From positions 58,383 through 122,382 of the forward strand of contig WQVL01000001.1 of NCBI GenBank assembly GCA_009785865.1: 64,000 nt of DNA, in the 5' to 3' direction. Below the pieces are notes generated by a model. The model was given only the letters and a program-made list of their open reading frames with translations, did no database searches and was not told the DNA's origin. This stretch comes from Oscillospiraceae bacterium. Lineage in GTDB: Bacteria; Bacillota; Clostridia; TANB77; CAG-508. The position numbers and the translations under genes were made by a program. Of this stretch, positions 21,699 to 33,931 are shown in pieces. Every line of letters begins with the position of its first letter. Positions within the stretch are counted from its first letter, which is position 1.

Positions 21699-24017
21699 AT
21701 GAGCAGGAGAGAGGAGTACAAAAGATTGAGTTCAAAGGACAAAAGCAAATTAACTGATAAAATAAATTATCTGGGATTAGATTTAAATGAAATCCCAGAT
21801 AGTTTAAAATGTTTTAGTAGTTTAGACTATAGGCCAGCTAGAAATTACGATGAGAAAAACTATAAAACATATAAATATGTAAATATAAAGGATATAAAAA
21901 TATTTTTAACAAAACACAATAGATTAGACCCTATTACAGATAAATATGCTAAAGCAATACCTATATATCAGTATTTGACTGCAGAAAGAGAAGAAAGTAT
22001 AGAGAGACATGCAAAGTTTTTAAAAATGATTACAACATTAAATGAACACGAAATAGAAGCAATTGATAAAAATCAAAAAGAGTTGAACAAAGATATACCG
22101 TTTCAAGTGAAATTTAATAAAGATTATTTATGGCAAATACATTATGCAGATGTTACTGATCAATATTTTATGTTAGTGCCGACAGAAGATCAGGATCACA
22201 GTGCGTTCTTTTTCTTGCTAAAAAAACTTCTAGATCAGAATACTAAAGGAAAACTTTTTGCTCCAATATGTTATAGTGAGTATTCTACAGAATTCTTAAG
22301 AAGATCAGAAATAGAAGAATTAGAAAAGTATATATGGTTTTTTACAAAAGAATGGCCACTTATATATGATGTGTACGACAAGAAGGATAAGTTAGCGATA
22401 CATGTAACAGGAGAAACTTTCATTTATGAAAATGCAAAAAGTCCATATACAATTAAGCTAGAAGATAAAGAAAGTGCACTTAAATTCTATAAACTATTGA
22501 AAGCCCTATTTATACTAGCTACAGAAGTTCCGAGATACTATAAAATTAAAGTAAAGATAAATGATGAAGGTGGATTAGAGTTTTATTTAAACAATGAAAA
22601 ACTTGTTTATGAAACATCCTCAGAGTTTATAAAAACTGAATATTTGAGAATTGAAAAACAAGAGAAAGAAAGTGTAAAGCAGAGAGCGAAACTAGAAAAG
22701 AAACTAGAAAAAGTAAAGAAGGAAACAGGAGAATTAGAATTAGAATACCTAATAAAAGAAAGAGAAATTACTACTTTCTTAGAGTGCAAAAAAACTTTTT
22801 TTGGCAAAGTAAAATATTTTTTGGGGAAGAAAAAACGTGCGGATATTAAGCTTGGTGACAAGAAGGAAATTGCACAGAAAAAAACGAATGAACAGGGTTT
22901 AAAAGAAGGAGATGTTCTCAGAAACAAAGACAAGGAAGACAAAGAATTCTATACATTAGAGGAATTAATTGAAAGGTATGGAGAATTAGAAAAAGACACA
23001 AGCTATATAAAGAGTCTAAAATACGATATTGCTGCGGCTGAGCATAAGATCAAAAATATGAAACTTAAAATCAAAAATGCAATTTTGTTTTTAGAGGAAA
23101 TTGATAAGCATACAAAAAGTATTTTTGAGTTTTGGAGATTTACCAACAAGGATAAATTAGAAAATCTTGTGGCAGGAGAATCCTCTGAAGAAACTACTGG
23201 CAAACTTAAAAAGGTTTTTGATATAAGTTTGGATTTTGAGGTCTTAGGTAAAGATATAGATAGAAAGTTAAGAAGAGTATTGAACAAAGAGCAGTTAAAC
23301 AGTATTTATTTAGCCACAACAGAAATTATAAAAGATATAAATCATGTTACAGAAAACAAAAAAATTACAGATGAGAGAATAGAAGAACTTAAGGAAGAAA
23401 TCTTAAAAGAGAAAAAGCTGCTTGGAACTGAAACTTTCGATATATTTGGAAATATATCTTCAGATAGTACAAGAATAGAAGTACTGGACAACAAAAGACA
23501 TAGAGAGAGTAAGAGAGATAAAATTAAATTGCTAGAGATTAGCAAAAAAACTACAGCAAAGGAATATGAAGGGTCTCTTAAAAAAATAGTTGAAAATCTA
23601 CAAATCGCTTTTGAGAAGGTTGCTCTAGGAATAGGGCTTCCAATATACAAGTTAGTACAAGACGAACAAGATTGTGATGGACTAAGTGTATTTAATATTA
23701 ATCTTGCAAACCTACTTCAAAGTACAAGCAATATACCTTTTGAAAAAGATAGACCACAAACAATATATAGAATCAATTTAAAAGAAACATCGAGGGCTAT
23801 AGGTCTTGCTAATAGCGTATACTATAATAATAATAACGAAACATTACCAATGGGTATGAACGTTTCGGATGGAGTATTAATAAACAAAAGACTTCTTAAG
23901 TTAGAGATGGTAAGTGAAGAAGAGTTTAAGGTAGTAGAATATACTGATAAGAAAAATTTAAGAGATGTAAAAATTAAGACAATTATTATAAAGGAATTTG
24001 ATGTACTAGAAGACTAA
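21699..24017 (+). CDS. Large hypothetical protein, 772 aa, N-terminal globular region + long K/E-rich coiled coil
   Basis: Continuous ORF; host-like composition; no recognisable motif. Confidence 0.5.
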   Translation: MSRREEYKRLSSKDKSKLTDKINYLGLDLNEIPDSLKCFSSLDYRPARNYDEKNYKTYKYVNIKDIKIFLTKHNRLDPITDKYAKAIPIYQYLTAEREESIERHAKFLKMITTLNEHEIEAIDKNQKELNKDIPFQVKFNKDYLWQIHYADVTDQYFMLVPTEDQDHSAFFFLLKKLLDQNTKGKLFAPICYSEYSTEFLRRSEIEELEKYIWFFTKEWPLIYDVYDKKDKLAIHVTGETFIYENAKSPYTIKLEDKESALKFYKLLKALFILATEVPRYYKIKVKINDEGGLEFYLNNEKLVYETSSEFIKTEYLRIEKQEKESVKQRAKLEKKLEKVKKETGELELEYLIKEREITTFLECKKTFFGKVKYFLGKKKRADIKLGDKKEIAQKKTNEQGLKEGDVLRNKDKEDKEFYTLEELIERYGELEKDTSYIKSLKYDIAAAEHKIKNMKLKIKNAILFLEEIDKHTKSIFEFWRFTNKDKLENLVAGESSEETTGKLKKVFDISLDFEVLGKDIDRKLRRVLNKEQLNSIYLATTEIIKDINHVTENKKITDERIEELKEEILKEKKLLGTETFDIFGNISSDSTRIEVLDNKRHRESKRDKIKLLEISKKTTAKEYEGSLKKIVENLQIAFEKVALGIGLPIYKLVQDEQDCDGLSVFNINLANLLQSTSNIPFEKDRPQTIYRINLKETSRAIGLANSVYYNNNNETLPMGMNVSDGVLINKRLLKLEMVSEEEFKVVEYTDKKNLRDVKIKTIIIKEFDVLED

Positions 24018-24040
24018 CTAGTTATCAAGAGAGGTGGAAC

Positions 24041-24532
24041 ATGAAAAAAAATGAAGTGAAAATGAAGAGAAATGAAATACTTAAGAAAGCAGGATTAGTA
24101 GTGGTTTTACTTGCTGTTATTGCACTTATAGTAGCTATAGTAATTGATTCTGCTAGTAATATTGAGACCGTTAGAGAAGATGGAATTATGGATATAAGAG
24201 AGAGAACGTTTAATAGGCAAATATCGGATATACGTCTAAACCCAGGAACCTACATAGGAGAGACAATTAGAATGGAAGGATTAATATTTGATTTTGGCTT
24301 TGCTGGATTAGGTGAAATATATGGTGTTGGTAGGAATGGTCCAATGTGTTGTGGAAAAGACGGATTTATTGGATTATTTGTAGAGTACGATGGAAGAATG
24401 CCTGATGAAGATGAATGGGTTTCGGTTGTAGGAACTATAGAAATGTCAGACCAATTTCGTGGTGAACCTATACTAAGAATAAGCCAGATAACTGTGATGG
24501 ACGAAAGAGGACAGGAGTATGTAGGCAAGTAA
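24041..24532 (+). CDS. Hypothetical N-terminally membrane-anchored protein
   Basis: 163 aa, one TM. Confidence 0.45.
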   Translation: MKKNEVKMKRNEILKKAGLVVVLLAVIALIVAIVIDSASNIETVREDGIMDIRERTFNRQISDIRLNPGTYIGETIRMEGLIFDFGFAGLGEIYGVGRNGPMCCGKDGFIGLFVEYDGRMPDEDEWVSVVGTIEMSDQFRGEPILRISQITVMDERGQEYVGK

Positions 24533-24637
24533 ATGATAGCTTTATTTTTAAGTTAAGAAACGAAACAACAGAAAGTTGACATAAGATTGAAAGTAATATA
24601 TACTTGTTTCATCTTAGTGTTAAGGAGGTGAAATCTC

Positions 24638-25183
24638 ATGACGAACCCTCACTACCGAGACGATGATTACAATTATGGCGACTTTGATGACTATGGGTGG
24701 CCAGGCGAACGGGAGAGTTATCGGGAAAGAGCCTTTCGAGAAATGATATCAGTTCTCGAAAACAACTTCCCTGACTTAGGGAAGTTAAATGTCCTCGAAA
24801 TTGCTACGATGAATGGTCAATTTACAGGGAAACTTGTAGAAGTGTTTAAACATGTTACGACCATTGATCCAGAATTAGACATGAAAGAGGACTATGACAA
24901 CTTGACGAAAGAAAAAGAACGGTTTGACTGTGACAGAGACTGCAGCAACTATGATTTGCTAGTAAGCAATTCAGCCTGTACGGCAGACGAAAGTATGGTT
25001 TGTGCTAGTCAGAAATACAATGTACCATTTTTTGCAATACTGTGTAGTTGTGCACATGGCTTTAAGTCTAAGCACGCAAGATATGAAGCTCTAAAGTCAA
25101 AGTCGCCAAATGCGACTTTGTATAAGGATACGAATGCGATCTGGTACTTGACCAGTTTAAATACAGGACACAAAAAAGATTAG
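24638..25183 (+). CDS. Hypothetical protein (cassette c); two in-frame CGG = Arg (GERESYRERA)
   Basis: GC-richer; terminator 25218-25256. Confidence 0.4.
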   Translation: MTNPHYRDDDYNYGDFDDYGWPGERESYRERAFREMISVLENNFPDLGKLNVLEIATMNGQFTGKLVEVFKHVTTIDPELDMKEDYDNLTKEKERFDCDRDCSNYDLLVSNSACTADESMVCASQKYNVPFFAILCSCAHGFKSKHARYEALKSKSPNATLYKDTNAIWYLTSLNTGHKKD

Positions 25184-25393
25184 AGAACCAAGTTTGGTTT
25201 TGAGAAGTCAAATACGAAAAGAGAAGTTCTTACAGTAGTAAGAACTTCTCTTTTTCTAATTTTTTTCTAAAACAATGAAATTAGAAACACTGTTAATGAA
25301 GAGGTTACAGTATTTATCTCTATTGCGAAACAGCAAAAATTATGATATTATCATGACATTACTCAGAAAACAAAGGAGTTGCACATAAGGGAT

Positions 25394-27267
25394 ATGAAGA
25401 ATGTATTGGATAATGTAAATGATCCAAAAGACTTAGATGGTCTTAATATAGGAGATAAACAAATATTAGCAAAAAACATAAGAGACTTATTACTAGATGT
25501 TACATCTAAAACTGGTGGACATCTAGCATCTAATTTGGGTGTGGTAGAGTTAACAATAGCTCTTCACTCTGTTTTTGAGACTCCAAAAGATAAAATAGTT
25601 TGGGATGTTGGGCATCAGATATATCCACATAAAATTTTAACAGGAAGAAAAGATAAAATGCATACACTAAGACAATTAGATGGAGTATCTGGATTTCCTA
25701 AAAACTGTGAATCAGAAAGCGATTGTTTTGACACAGGTCATAGTAGTACATCTATATCAGTTGCTTTGGGTATGGCAAGAGCGAGAGACATATTAAAGGA
25801 AGATTACTCAGTTTTAGCGTTAATAGGTGATGGGGCTTTAACGGGAGGAATGGCGCTGGAAGCACTTAATGATGCTGGTTGTAGTGGAACTAAGATGACA
25901 GTAATACTAAACGATAATGAAATGAGTATTTCGAAAAATGTTGGTGGAGTACCAATGTTACTTAGTAAGATTAGAAGTAAAAGACTATATATTAGATCAA
26001 ATAATGCCGTAAAAAGATTTACAAATAAACTTCCTCTTATAGGAAAACCAATTACTAATCTTGCGCATTACATAAAAAGAACAGTAAAACATATGATAAT
26101 CAAAAACATGTATTTTGAAGACATAGGATTTACATATTTAGGTCCAGTGGATGGGCACGACATAGAAAAGTTAGAAAAAATTCTTAGATTAAGTAAAAAG
26201 GTGGATGGACCTGTTTTAGTACATGTTATGACTAAAAAGGGTAAAGGATATGAGATAGCTGAAAACACTCCTGCTAAATTTCATGGAGTTTCAAGCTTCA
26301 ATATTGAGACAGGAGAGCCTTTAAAAAGTGGAGATAAAGATTATTCAGCAGTGTTTGGAAGCAAGCTTGTAGAGCTGGCTAAAAGAGATGAAAAAATCGT
26401 GGCGATTACAGCTGCAATGACAGATGGAACAGGGCTTGCGGAGTTTGCGAGTGAATTCCCAGAAAGACTTTTCGATATAGGCATAGCGGAAGGTCATGCG
26501 GTTCGGGCTAGCAGCAGGAATGGCGAAAGCGGGACTGAAACCAGTGTTTGCTGTATATTCTTCTTTCTTACAAAGAGGATATGACCAATTAATACATGAT
26601 GTAGCAATTCAAAAGATACCTGCAATATTCTGCTTGGATAGAGCGGGGGTAGTAGGAGCGGATCGGAGAAACACACCAAGGGATTTTCGATTTATCATAT
26701 TTATCTTCAATACCAAACATGAATATATTAGCACCAAAGAACTTTTTGGAATTAGAAAAGATGTTAGAGTTTGGCGTAGACTTAAATAAGCCCGTGGCAA
26801 TTCGTTATCCTAGAGGAAGTGAAGAAGCAAAGGCTGACCAGGATTTTAAAGAAATTACTCTAGGTAAAGCAGAATTACTAAAAGAAGGTAAAGACATCTC
26901 AATAATAGCGATAGGGAAAATGGTTTCTAGAGCTGAAGAAGTTGCAGAACTGCTAGCGGCAAGAGATATAGATGCAGAAATAATAAATGTTAGATTTTTA
27001 AAACCATTAGATAAAGAAATGATATTAAAATCCATCAGTAAGACAAAAAGAGTTATTACTATAGAAGATAATCTACTTGCAGGAGGACTAGGTGCAGCAG
27101 TAATGAATGCTATAAATGAGGCGCTAGAAGATAAAACATTAGACAGCTCAGTTACAGTAAAAACATTTGGATATAAGGACGTATTTGTGAAACATGGTAA
27201 AACAGAAGAGTTAGAAAAACTACATGGATTAGATGCAGAAAGCATAGCAAATAGTATCGAGAAATAG
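25394..27267 (+). CDS. dxs: 1-deoxy-D-xylulose-5-phosphate synthase; hops at 26504 and 26664
   Basis: ORFs 25379-26584, 26496-26789, 26719-27267 join: ...IGIAEGHAV[G][52 protein letters not shown][G][25 protein letters not shown]... Confidence 0.85.
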
Positions 27268-27291
27268 TAAATTTATAGTGAGGATTTATAG

Positions 27292-27486
27292 ATGGAAAGA
27301 TTAGAAAATTTTGAAAAGGCACTTAAAGAAGTTGTTGAGGGATATGATGAACTGGGGAAAGAATTAGAGCAGTTAAGAAATGATGGAAAAATGAAAACAA
27401 CAAAATTTAGAGAATTGCTAGGAAAAAAATTAGTGTATAGTATGATAATTACAATTTTCAAAAGGCATAATCTTATTGAAAACTAG
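27292..27486 (+). CDS. Hypothetical small protein
   Basis: 64-aa ORF with RBS. Confidence 0.35.
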   Translation: MERLENFEKALKEVVEGYDELGKELEQLRNDGKMKTTKFRELLGKKLVYSMIITIFKRHNLIEN

Positions 27487-27538
27487 TAAATTATAGAGTA
27501 TTTTAATACTTTACAACAAAAATGAGAGGAGAAAAACT

Positions 27539-27778
27539 ATGGAAAAATGTGAAAAATGTGGTACGGAAGGATACAGAAGAGAATCTAAGTTCTGCTCAAA
27601 ATGTGGAAATACTTTATCTGCAGAAATAAAACCAGAACAAAACATATGTACTAATCAAAAATGTGATTGGCATAAAACAGAATTCATATACCCAGATGGT
27701 GCGAATTTTTGTGATGTTTGTGGTAGCCGAACAACTAAGTGTGAGGTGCCGTTCGAATTGTTTGATACGAGAAGGTAA
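27539..27778 (+). CDS. Zinc-ribbon protein (three CxxC pairs)
   Basis: MEKCEKCG...CSKCG...CDVCG. Confidence 0.45.
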   Translation: MEKCEKCGTEGYRRESKFCSKCGNTLSAEIKPEQNICTNQKCDWHKTEFIYPDGANFCDVCGSRTTKCEVPFELFDTRR

Positions 27779-28031
27779 ATCAAATGAAAATTAGAAAAAC
27801 TCATAACTTACAACTTATAAAAGAGTCATAAAAAAGAAATTGGATGTGTAATGTTCGGTTTCTTTTTTCAAGCTGTCCTGCTCCTTTAATATCTAACCGT
27901 TATATGATTTGCACACTGACTGCGCGGTCAGGAGAGTTGTAAGAGAAATAAAACTAATATATAATTAATAAAGTTGAAAAATGTTTGGCGGCAAAGATAG
28001 ATGTGTCCGCATATTAGGAGGAAATATAAAA

Positions 28032-29865
28032 ATGGATCAAGAAAAAAAGAAACTAGTGAAATTCTTTGAATCAAAAGGAATTGACAAGGAAGAATTAGAA
28101 GAAGTTGGAGCAACAATAGACAAACCTACAAAAAGAAAGTTACATCAAGTAGAGAAAATTTCAAACTTAAAAGAAATGATTAATAGATCTGGAGAGTTAT
28201 ATAAAAATGAATCTGCATTTAAGCTTAAAACAGATAAAGAAGGAGAATACAAAATAATAACATATGGTGAGTTTTTAGAGCAAATAAATGCTTTAGGAAC
28301 AAAACTTATTGATATGGGATTACAGGGTAAAAAGATAGCTGTAATTGGAGAGAACAGATATGAATGGTCGTTAGCGTACATGGCTATAACATGTGGTACC
28401 CGGACCAGTAGTTCCAATAGACAAATCGTTACCAGCAAATGAAATAGAAACTTTAATTATTCGTTCAGGAGCAGAAGCTATATTCTATACAAATACATAT
28501 GACGAAATAATGAATGGAATAAAGGAAAGACAATCATCAGATATAAGATATTTCATATCTATGGATTTAGATGAAAGAAAAGATGGAGTTAATTCAGAAT
28601 ATGATTTAATGAGAAAAGGTCAAAAATTATTAGAGGACGGTGACAGAAGATTTTTGGATGCAACGATAAATACTGAAGAAATGGCATTCTTGTTATTTAC
28701 ATCAGGTACAACATCAAACTCTAAAGGAGTAATGTTATCACAAAAAAATATCTGTACAAACATAATGGATATAGGGGCGGTATTAAAAGTTACACCTGAA
28801 GATACTATATTATCTTTCTTACCATTACATCATACATTTGAATGTACAACAGGATTCTTATACATGCTTTATGGTGGAGTAACTATTGCATATTGTGATG
28901 GACCAAAACATATAGCAAATAACTTAAAAGAGTATGAAGTATCAGTAATGATATCAGTACCGGCGCTTTATGAAGGAATATACAAGAAAGTTATGAAGAC
29001 GTTAGAGCAAAAAGGTAAATTAGAAGATGTAAATAAGGCAAGAAAATTAACAAGTGTTCTAAATAAAGTTGGATTAGATTTAAGGAAAAAATTATTTAAG
29101 GAGTTACATGCAACACTTGGAGGAAAATTAAGAGTATTAATAAGTGGAGCGGCGGCGTTAGATTACGAAGCAGAAAGAGGATTTAACGAATTAGGATTCC
29201 AATTATCTCAAGGGTATGGATTAACAGAAACATCGCCAGTAGTTAGTGCGGGAGATGACTTTGACAGAAAACTAGGTTCAGTTGGAAAAGTATTCCCAAG
29301 TGTTAAAGTAAAAATAATTGACAAAAATGAAGAAGGCGTTGGAGAAATAATAGTAAAAGGTCCTAGTGTAATGCTTGGATATTACCAAAACGAAGAAGCA
29401 ACAAATGAAGTTCTTAAAAAAGGTTGGTTCTATACAGGAGATCTAGGAAAAATAGATAAAAAAGGATTCTTATACATTTGCGGAAGAAAGAAGAGTGTTA
29501 TAGTACTTAAAAACGGTAAAAACATATTCCCTGAAGAAATTGAAAGTATAATCAATAGAATAGAGGGAGTAAAAGAATCATTCATATACGGAAAAGCAGA
29601 TGGAAAGAGTGAAAACGATCTAAAACTATGTAGCAAGATAGTATATGATGCAGAAGTATGCAAAGAAGTGTACGGAACAGATGACGAATCAGCAATAGAA
29701 AAAGTGTTATGGGATAAGATAAAAGAGCTAAATAAAACAATGCCTCCATACAAATACATAAAAGAGTTAATTGTTTCGACAGAAGAGATTATTAAAACGA
29801 CAACATTAAAGATAAAAAGACATGAAGAATTAGAGAAAATTGAAAAAATGAAAGCGAAAAAGTAA
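28032..29865 (+). CDS. Long-chain-fatty-acid--CoA ligase (AMP-binding family); hop at 28401
   Basis: ORFs 27981-28442 and 28393-29865: ...LAYMAITCGT[G]PVVPIDKSLPANEIE...; AMP-binding motif TSGTTSNSKG. Confidence 0.75.
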
Positions 29866-30097
29866 TTGATATTTACCGCTTAAGTGTAGGGGTTTGGAGA
29901 TATTCCAAATCCCTACATTACCTATATTTACCAGTTTGCAAATTTTGTGAAAAAAACTATTGACTTTTGTCACAAAAATGTAATAAACTTGTAAAGAAAT
30001 AGAAATACAGATTTTTAAAAATCCTATTGTAGTTTTTTGTAAAAACCTGTATAATAAAGATACATTAAACACACAGGATAAAGGAGGGGAGTTTACA

Positions 30098-30925
30098 TTG
30101 CTATTTTTCAGAAAAAGACACGGCATAGTAAACGTAAAAATGATAATTACGGAAGAAAAAATCTTATCAAATCTTGATAAGGTTCAAAAGTTGATCAATC
30201 CAAGCAGTAAAAAGCAGATTGTTCAATTGGAGGAAGATGCGTTTTTTAAAGATTTAATAGATTCGATAAAAACATATTTGACAGAGTATCCAAAGAAGAA
30301 GAATTTTCCGGCAAGCGTATACAAAGCTTCTTATGGGTTAGTTGAGTATGCTACAAATCAATTTGAAGAAAATACAAAACAAATAGAAGGTTTAATTAGA
30401 CAAAGAGAGACAAATATAGCCTTTTCTAATGAGTTGCACGAAATATTGGCGACATGTGAGAACAAAGATAAAGAGTGGAAAGCTAGAGTGAAGCAAGTGG
30501 CTGCAAGAACAACAGAAGATATAGTACAAGCTTTAATCATTATCGGAAAAGGTAAAAATCCAGAAGCAGAAAATTATGTGGATGCTGTTAAACTAATACA
30601 AGCAAGAGCGGCGAACTTAGAAGCAAACTTGCATATAGAAATAGACATGGAAAGAATAGAAGACAGATCAAAAGCGTTAAGCTATATTGGCATAGAAGTG
30701 GCAGAAGCTCTAAAAGGAATTCCTGCACCTGCAATGTCACATGAAGAGTTGACAGCGAAAACTGCTGCGGAAGCTGAATACATAGAGCAAACTAGATTTG
30801 AAGTGAAACCAAGCCTATGGCAAAGACTTAAACAAAGTAAACTTGCTCGAGCCCTTACATATGTAACTAGAGTTAAATTAGTGGTAGACGTTCCAGCACT
30901 TCCAGAAGGTACAGAAAAAAACTAA
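30098..30925 (+). CDS. Hypothetical protein
   Basis: 275 aa; TTG start after aaggagggga. Confidence 0.4.
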   Translation: MLFFRKRHGIVNVKMIITEEKILSNLDKVQKLINPSSKKQIVQLEEDAFFKDLIDSIKTYLTEYPKKKNFPASVYKASYGLVEYATNQFEENTKQIEGLIRQRETNIAFSNELHEILATCENKDKEWKARVKQVAARTTEDIVQALIIIGKGKNPEAENYVDAVKLIQARAANLEANLHIEIDMERIEDRSKALSYIGIEVAEALKGIPAPAMSHEELTAKTAAEAEYIEQTRFEVKPSLWQRLKQSKLARALTYVTRVKLVVDVPALPEGTEKN

Positions 30926-30999
30926 ATAAACAGATATTAATAACTTTTAAGGAACGACTATAAATGCCGTTCCTTTTTTAATAGAAAAATGGAGGATAT

Positions 31000-31791
31000 A
31001 TGAGTAAGTTTGATGAAAAATATTTAGATTTGGTAGAAAGAATCTTAAATGAAGGATACTATGACAAAAACAGAACAGGTGTGTCAACATACAAATTGCC
31101 ACATCAAATCCTACAATTTGATTTAGAAGAAGAGTTTCCGATACTAACAACAAAATCGGTTGCTTTTAAAGCTGCGGTTAAAGAGCTTTTATGGATATTC
31201 CAGAAACAATCAAATAAGATTAGTGATTTACATGAACAAAATGTTCACATTTGGGATGAATGGGAAATGGAAGATGGAACAATAGGAACATCTTACGGAT
31301 GGGTTGTTAAAGAATTTAAACAAGTAGATAAACTAATAGAACAATTAAAAACAAATCCACAAGATAGAAGAATGGTTATAAACTTATGGCAGATACCGTA
31401 TTTAGATACAGGAGCTTTGTATCCATGTGTATTTAACAGCTGTTGGGATGTGACAGATGGTAAATTGAATTGCTTACTTACAATAAGATCAAATGACATA
31501 CCACTAGGACATCCATTTAATGTTGTACAATATGCAGTATTCATTCATTTACTAGCACAAGTAACAGGGCTAAAGCCAGGAAAGTTAACGGTATGTATTA
31601 GTAATGCTCATATATATGAAAACCAAATAGAAGGAATGAAAGAACATTTATCAAGAAGAGATCAAGCACTTCCGTCTCCTGAACTTTGGGTAAATCCAGA
31701 AATAAAAGATTTTTATGATTTTACAATAGATGATATAAAACTTATAGACTATAACCATTTAGGTAGTATTAAAATGCCAGTATCAGTTTAA
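31000..31791 (+). CDS. thyA: Thymidylate synthase
   Basis: 263 aa ThyA family. Confidence 0.9.
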   Translation: MSKFDEKYLDLVERILNEGYYDKNRTGVSTYKLPHQILQFDLEEEFPILTTKSVAFKAAVKELLWIFQKQSNKISDLHEQNVHIWDEWEMEDGTIGTSYGWVVKEFKQVDKLIEQLKTNPQDRRMVINLWQIPYLDTGALYPCVFNSCWDVTDGKLNCLLTIRSNDIPLGHPFNVVQYAVFIHLLAQVTGLKPGKLTVCISNAHIYENQIEGMKEHLSRRDQALPSPELWVNPEIKDFYDFTIDDIKLIDYNHLGSIKMPVSV

Positions 31792-31837
31792 GATAGTTAT
31801 TATATAAGCGCATAAGTTATTTTGAGGAGGAAATCAA

Positions 31838-32335
31838 ATGTTAAGTACAATAGTTGCGATCGCAAATGATAATGTAATAGGGAAGGATAATCAGTTAATC
31901 TGGCATATACCAGAAGATTTAAAAAGGTTTAAAGAAATTACAACTGGAAAAACAATGATAATGGGAAGCAAAACTTTTATATCGCTAGGAAAAGTACTTC
32001 CGAATAGAAAGCATGTGGTTCTTTGTAATACAGGTGATTTAGTAGTAGATGATGAAAATGTTGAGGTTATAGAAAGTTTAGACGAGCTAGAAGAATATAT
32101 AAATTCTGATGAAGAGTGTTTCGTTATAGGTGGAGGTATGATATATAGCCTGCTTTTGGAACGTTCAGAAAAACTATATATTACTAAAATAAATGAAGAC
32201 TTTGAAGGAGATACTTTTTTTCCTGAAATAAAAGAAACAGAATGGGAAGTAGTGGATAGACAAAAAGGACTTAAAGACGAGAAGAATCCTTATGACTATG
32301 AATATATAACATATGTACGAATACCTAAGGCATAA
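31838..32335 (+). CDS. folA: Dihydrofolate reductase
   Basis: 165 aa DHFR, adjacent to thyA. Confidence 0.85.
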   Translation: MLSTIVAIANDNVIGKDNQLIWHIPEDLKRFKEITTGKTMIMGSKTFISLGKVLPNRKHVVLCNTGDLVVDDENVEVIESLDELEEYINSDEECFVIGGGMIYSLLLERSEKLYITKINEDFEGDTFFPEIKETEWEVVDRQKGLKDEKNPYDYEYITYVRIPKA

Positions 32336-32373
32336 CTTATTTCTACACATCGTAGATGCTAGAACTAAGAAAA
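32334..32373 (+). repeat. Copy B of the 40-bp hairpin repeat, starting at the folA stop codon
   Basis: aacttatttctacacatcgtagatgctagaactaagaaaa. Confidence 0.6.
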
Positions 32374-32448
32374 AAAGTGAATTTAGTATTGACAGGCATA
32401 TAAAAATATCTTATAATAAATCTTGCGTTAATTAGTACGCAAGACTAT

Positions 32449-32525
32449 GCACCCTTAGCTCAGTTGGTCAGAGCAACCGGCTCATAACCGGTGGGTCCTA
32501 GGTTCGAATCCTAGAGGGTGCACCA
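32449..32525 (+). tRNA. tRNA with CAT anticodon (Met, or Ile2 if lysidine-modified), CCA encoded
   Basis: Cloverleaf gcaccctta...ctcataa...ggttcgaatcc...gggtgcacca; TTGACA-17-TATAAT promoter at 32387-32415; terminator 32531-32566. Confidence 0.85.
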
Positions 32526-32683
32526 CGAAGGTGGGTAAACGATCTAAGATCGTTTACCCACTTTTTAGATGGCATCAGATTATAGTAGAACCTTGTTTTT
32601 AACAAAGATATATTATAAAATAATATAAGAATATGTAACATTATTGTAGTTATTAATTAAACTAATATATGAGGTGTAGAAGT

Positions 32684-33547
32684 ATGAAGACAGGAATGTT
32701 TATTGGAGTAGCTGGTTTAGATTGTGTTTATGAGCAAAGTGTATTACCTAGTGAAAATGAAAAGTCAAAAACATATAAATATAATACTTGTATTGGTGGT
32801 CCTGCTGCTAATGCTGCAATAACATATACGTTACTTGGGGGTAAAGCAATTCTTGTTTCGTGTATTGGGAATTCTATATTAGGCTTAGAAATCAAATCTA
32901 AACTAAAAGAACATGGAATAAAAGTTATAGATGCTATTGAATCGTCAACAATGTTACCAATGCTAGCTAGCATAAGCATTAATCCAGAAACGGGAAGCAG
33001 GACGGTCTGGAGCGGCCAAAATAAATTGGATAAAGAAATAGAAATTGATATAGATGAAGAACTTAAAGAAGCTGATTTTTGTTTGTTTGATTGTAATCAA
33101 CCTGAAGTGTCACTGCCTATTCTAAAAAAAGCATATATGCTAAATAAAGAAATAGTTTTAGATGCAGGAAGTTGGAAAGAGACTTCAATTGAATTCCTTC
33201 AAAAAGCAAGCACTGCAATTGCATCATTTAACTGTATTCCGCCAAAAGAATTAGGAAGTTTTTTTGACATTGCTAGAAAATCAGAGGTTAAAAAGATTGC
33301 AATTACAAATGGTGAAAAACAAATTAAATGGGAAGAGGGAAGTAGAGGTGGTGGAATTACTCCCCCTGTTGTAAAAGCAGTAGATACGTTAGGAGCAGGA
33401 GATGTTTTCCATGGTGCTTATTGCCATTTCGCTTTTAACAAAAATCAACTATTCGAAAATGCTTTAAAAAGTGCATCTATTGTTGCTGCGAACAAGTGTA
33501 AGCATTATGGCATATCGAAAACTTCGATTATTGAAGAGCCAAGTTGA
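32684..33547 (+). CDS. PfkB-family carbohydrate kinase (ribokinase-like)
   Basis: GAGDVFHGAY motif. Confidence 0.7.
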   Translation: MKTGMFIGVAGLDCVYEQSVLPSENEKSKTYKYNTCIGGPAANAAITYTLLGGKAILVSCIGNSILGLEIKSKLKEHGIKVIDAIESSTMLPMLASISINPETGSRTVWSGQNKLDKEIEIDIDEELKEADFCLFDCNQPEVSLPILKKAYMLNKEIVLDAGSWKETSIEFLQKASTAIASFNCIPPKELGSFFDIARKSEVKKIAITNGEKQIKWEEGSRGGGITPPVVKAVDTLGAGDVFHGAYCHFAFNKNQLFENALKSASIVAANKCKHYGISKTSIIEEPS

Positions 33548-33645
33548 GTTGTCCAAAATTCCAAAAAAGCACTTGACAATAATGTGAAAACATAGTATTC
33601 TTTATTAGCGTCAAAATACAAATAAAGACGTATTTAAATTAATAT

Positions 33646-33731
33646 GGGTAGGTGGCCGAGTGGTTAAAGGCGGCAGACTGTAAATCTGTTCTCGTACGAG
33701 TACGAAGGTTCGAATCCTTCCCTGCCCACCA
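33646..33731 (+). tRNA. tRNA-Tyr (GTA) with long variable arm
   Basis: Anticodon loop cuGUAaa; T-arm ggttcgaatcc; terminator 33775-33794. Confidence 0.85.
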
Positions 33732-33931
33732 AAAGCAAAATCGTCACACCGTGACGATATACAAAAAGGCAACTATAAACAGTTGCCTTTTTTGTTTGCC
33801 AAAAAATCAAAAAACTTGCTACCTAGCATTAGAAAGTTGAAAATTATGTTAATTTGTAGTATAATTAATTAAATATCACTTTATATAGGTGAAGTCGTTT
33901 TAAGGGGAAATTACTCAACAGAGAGGAGAAC

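Noticed and set aside
27890-27925. Palindrome ctgactgcgcggtcag upstream of the acyl-CoA ligase gene as an operator
   Set aside because: It is a single short hairpin with no second copy or adjacent regulator gene in the window, which is too weak to call.
33652-33840. ORF 33652-33840 (+)
   Set aside because: It lies on top of tRNA-Tyr and its terminator, so it is spurious.
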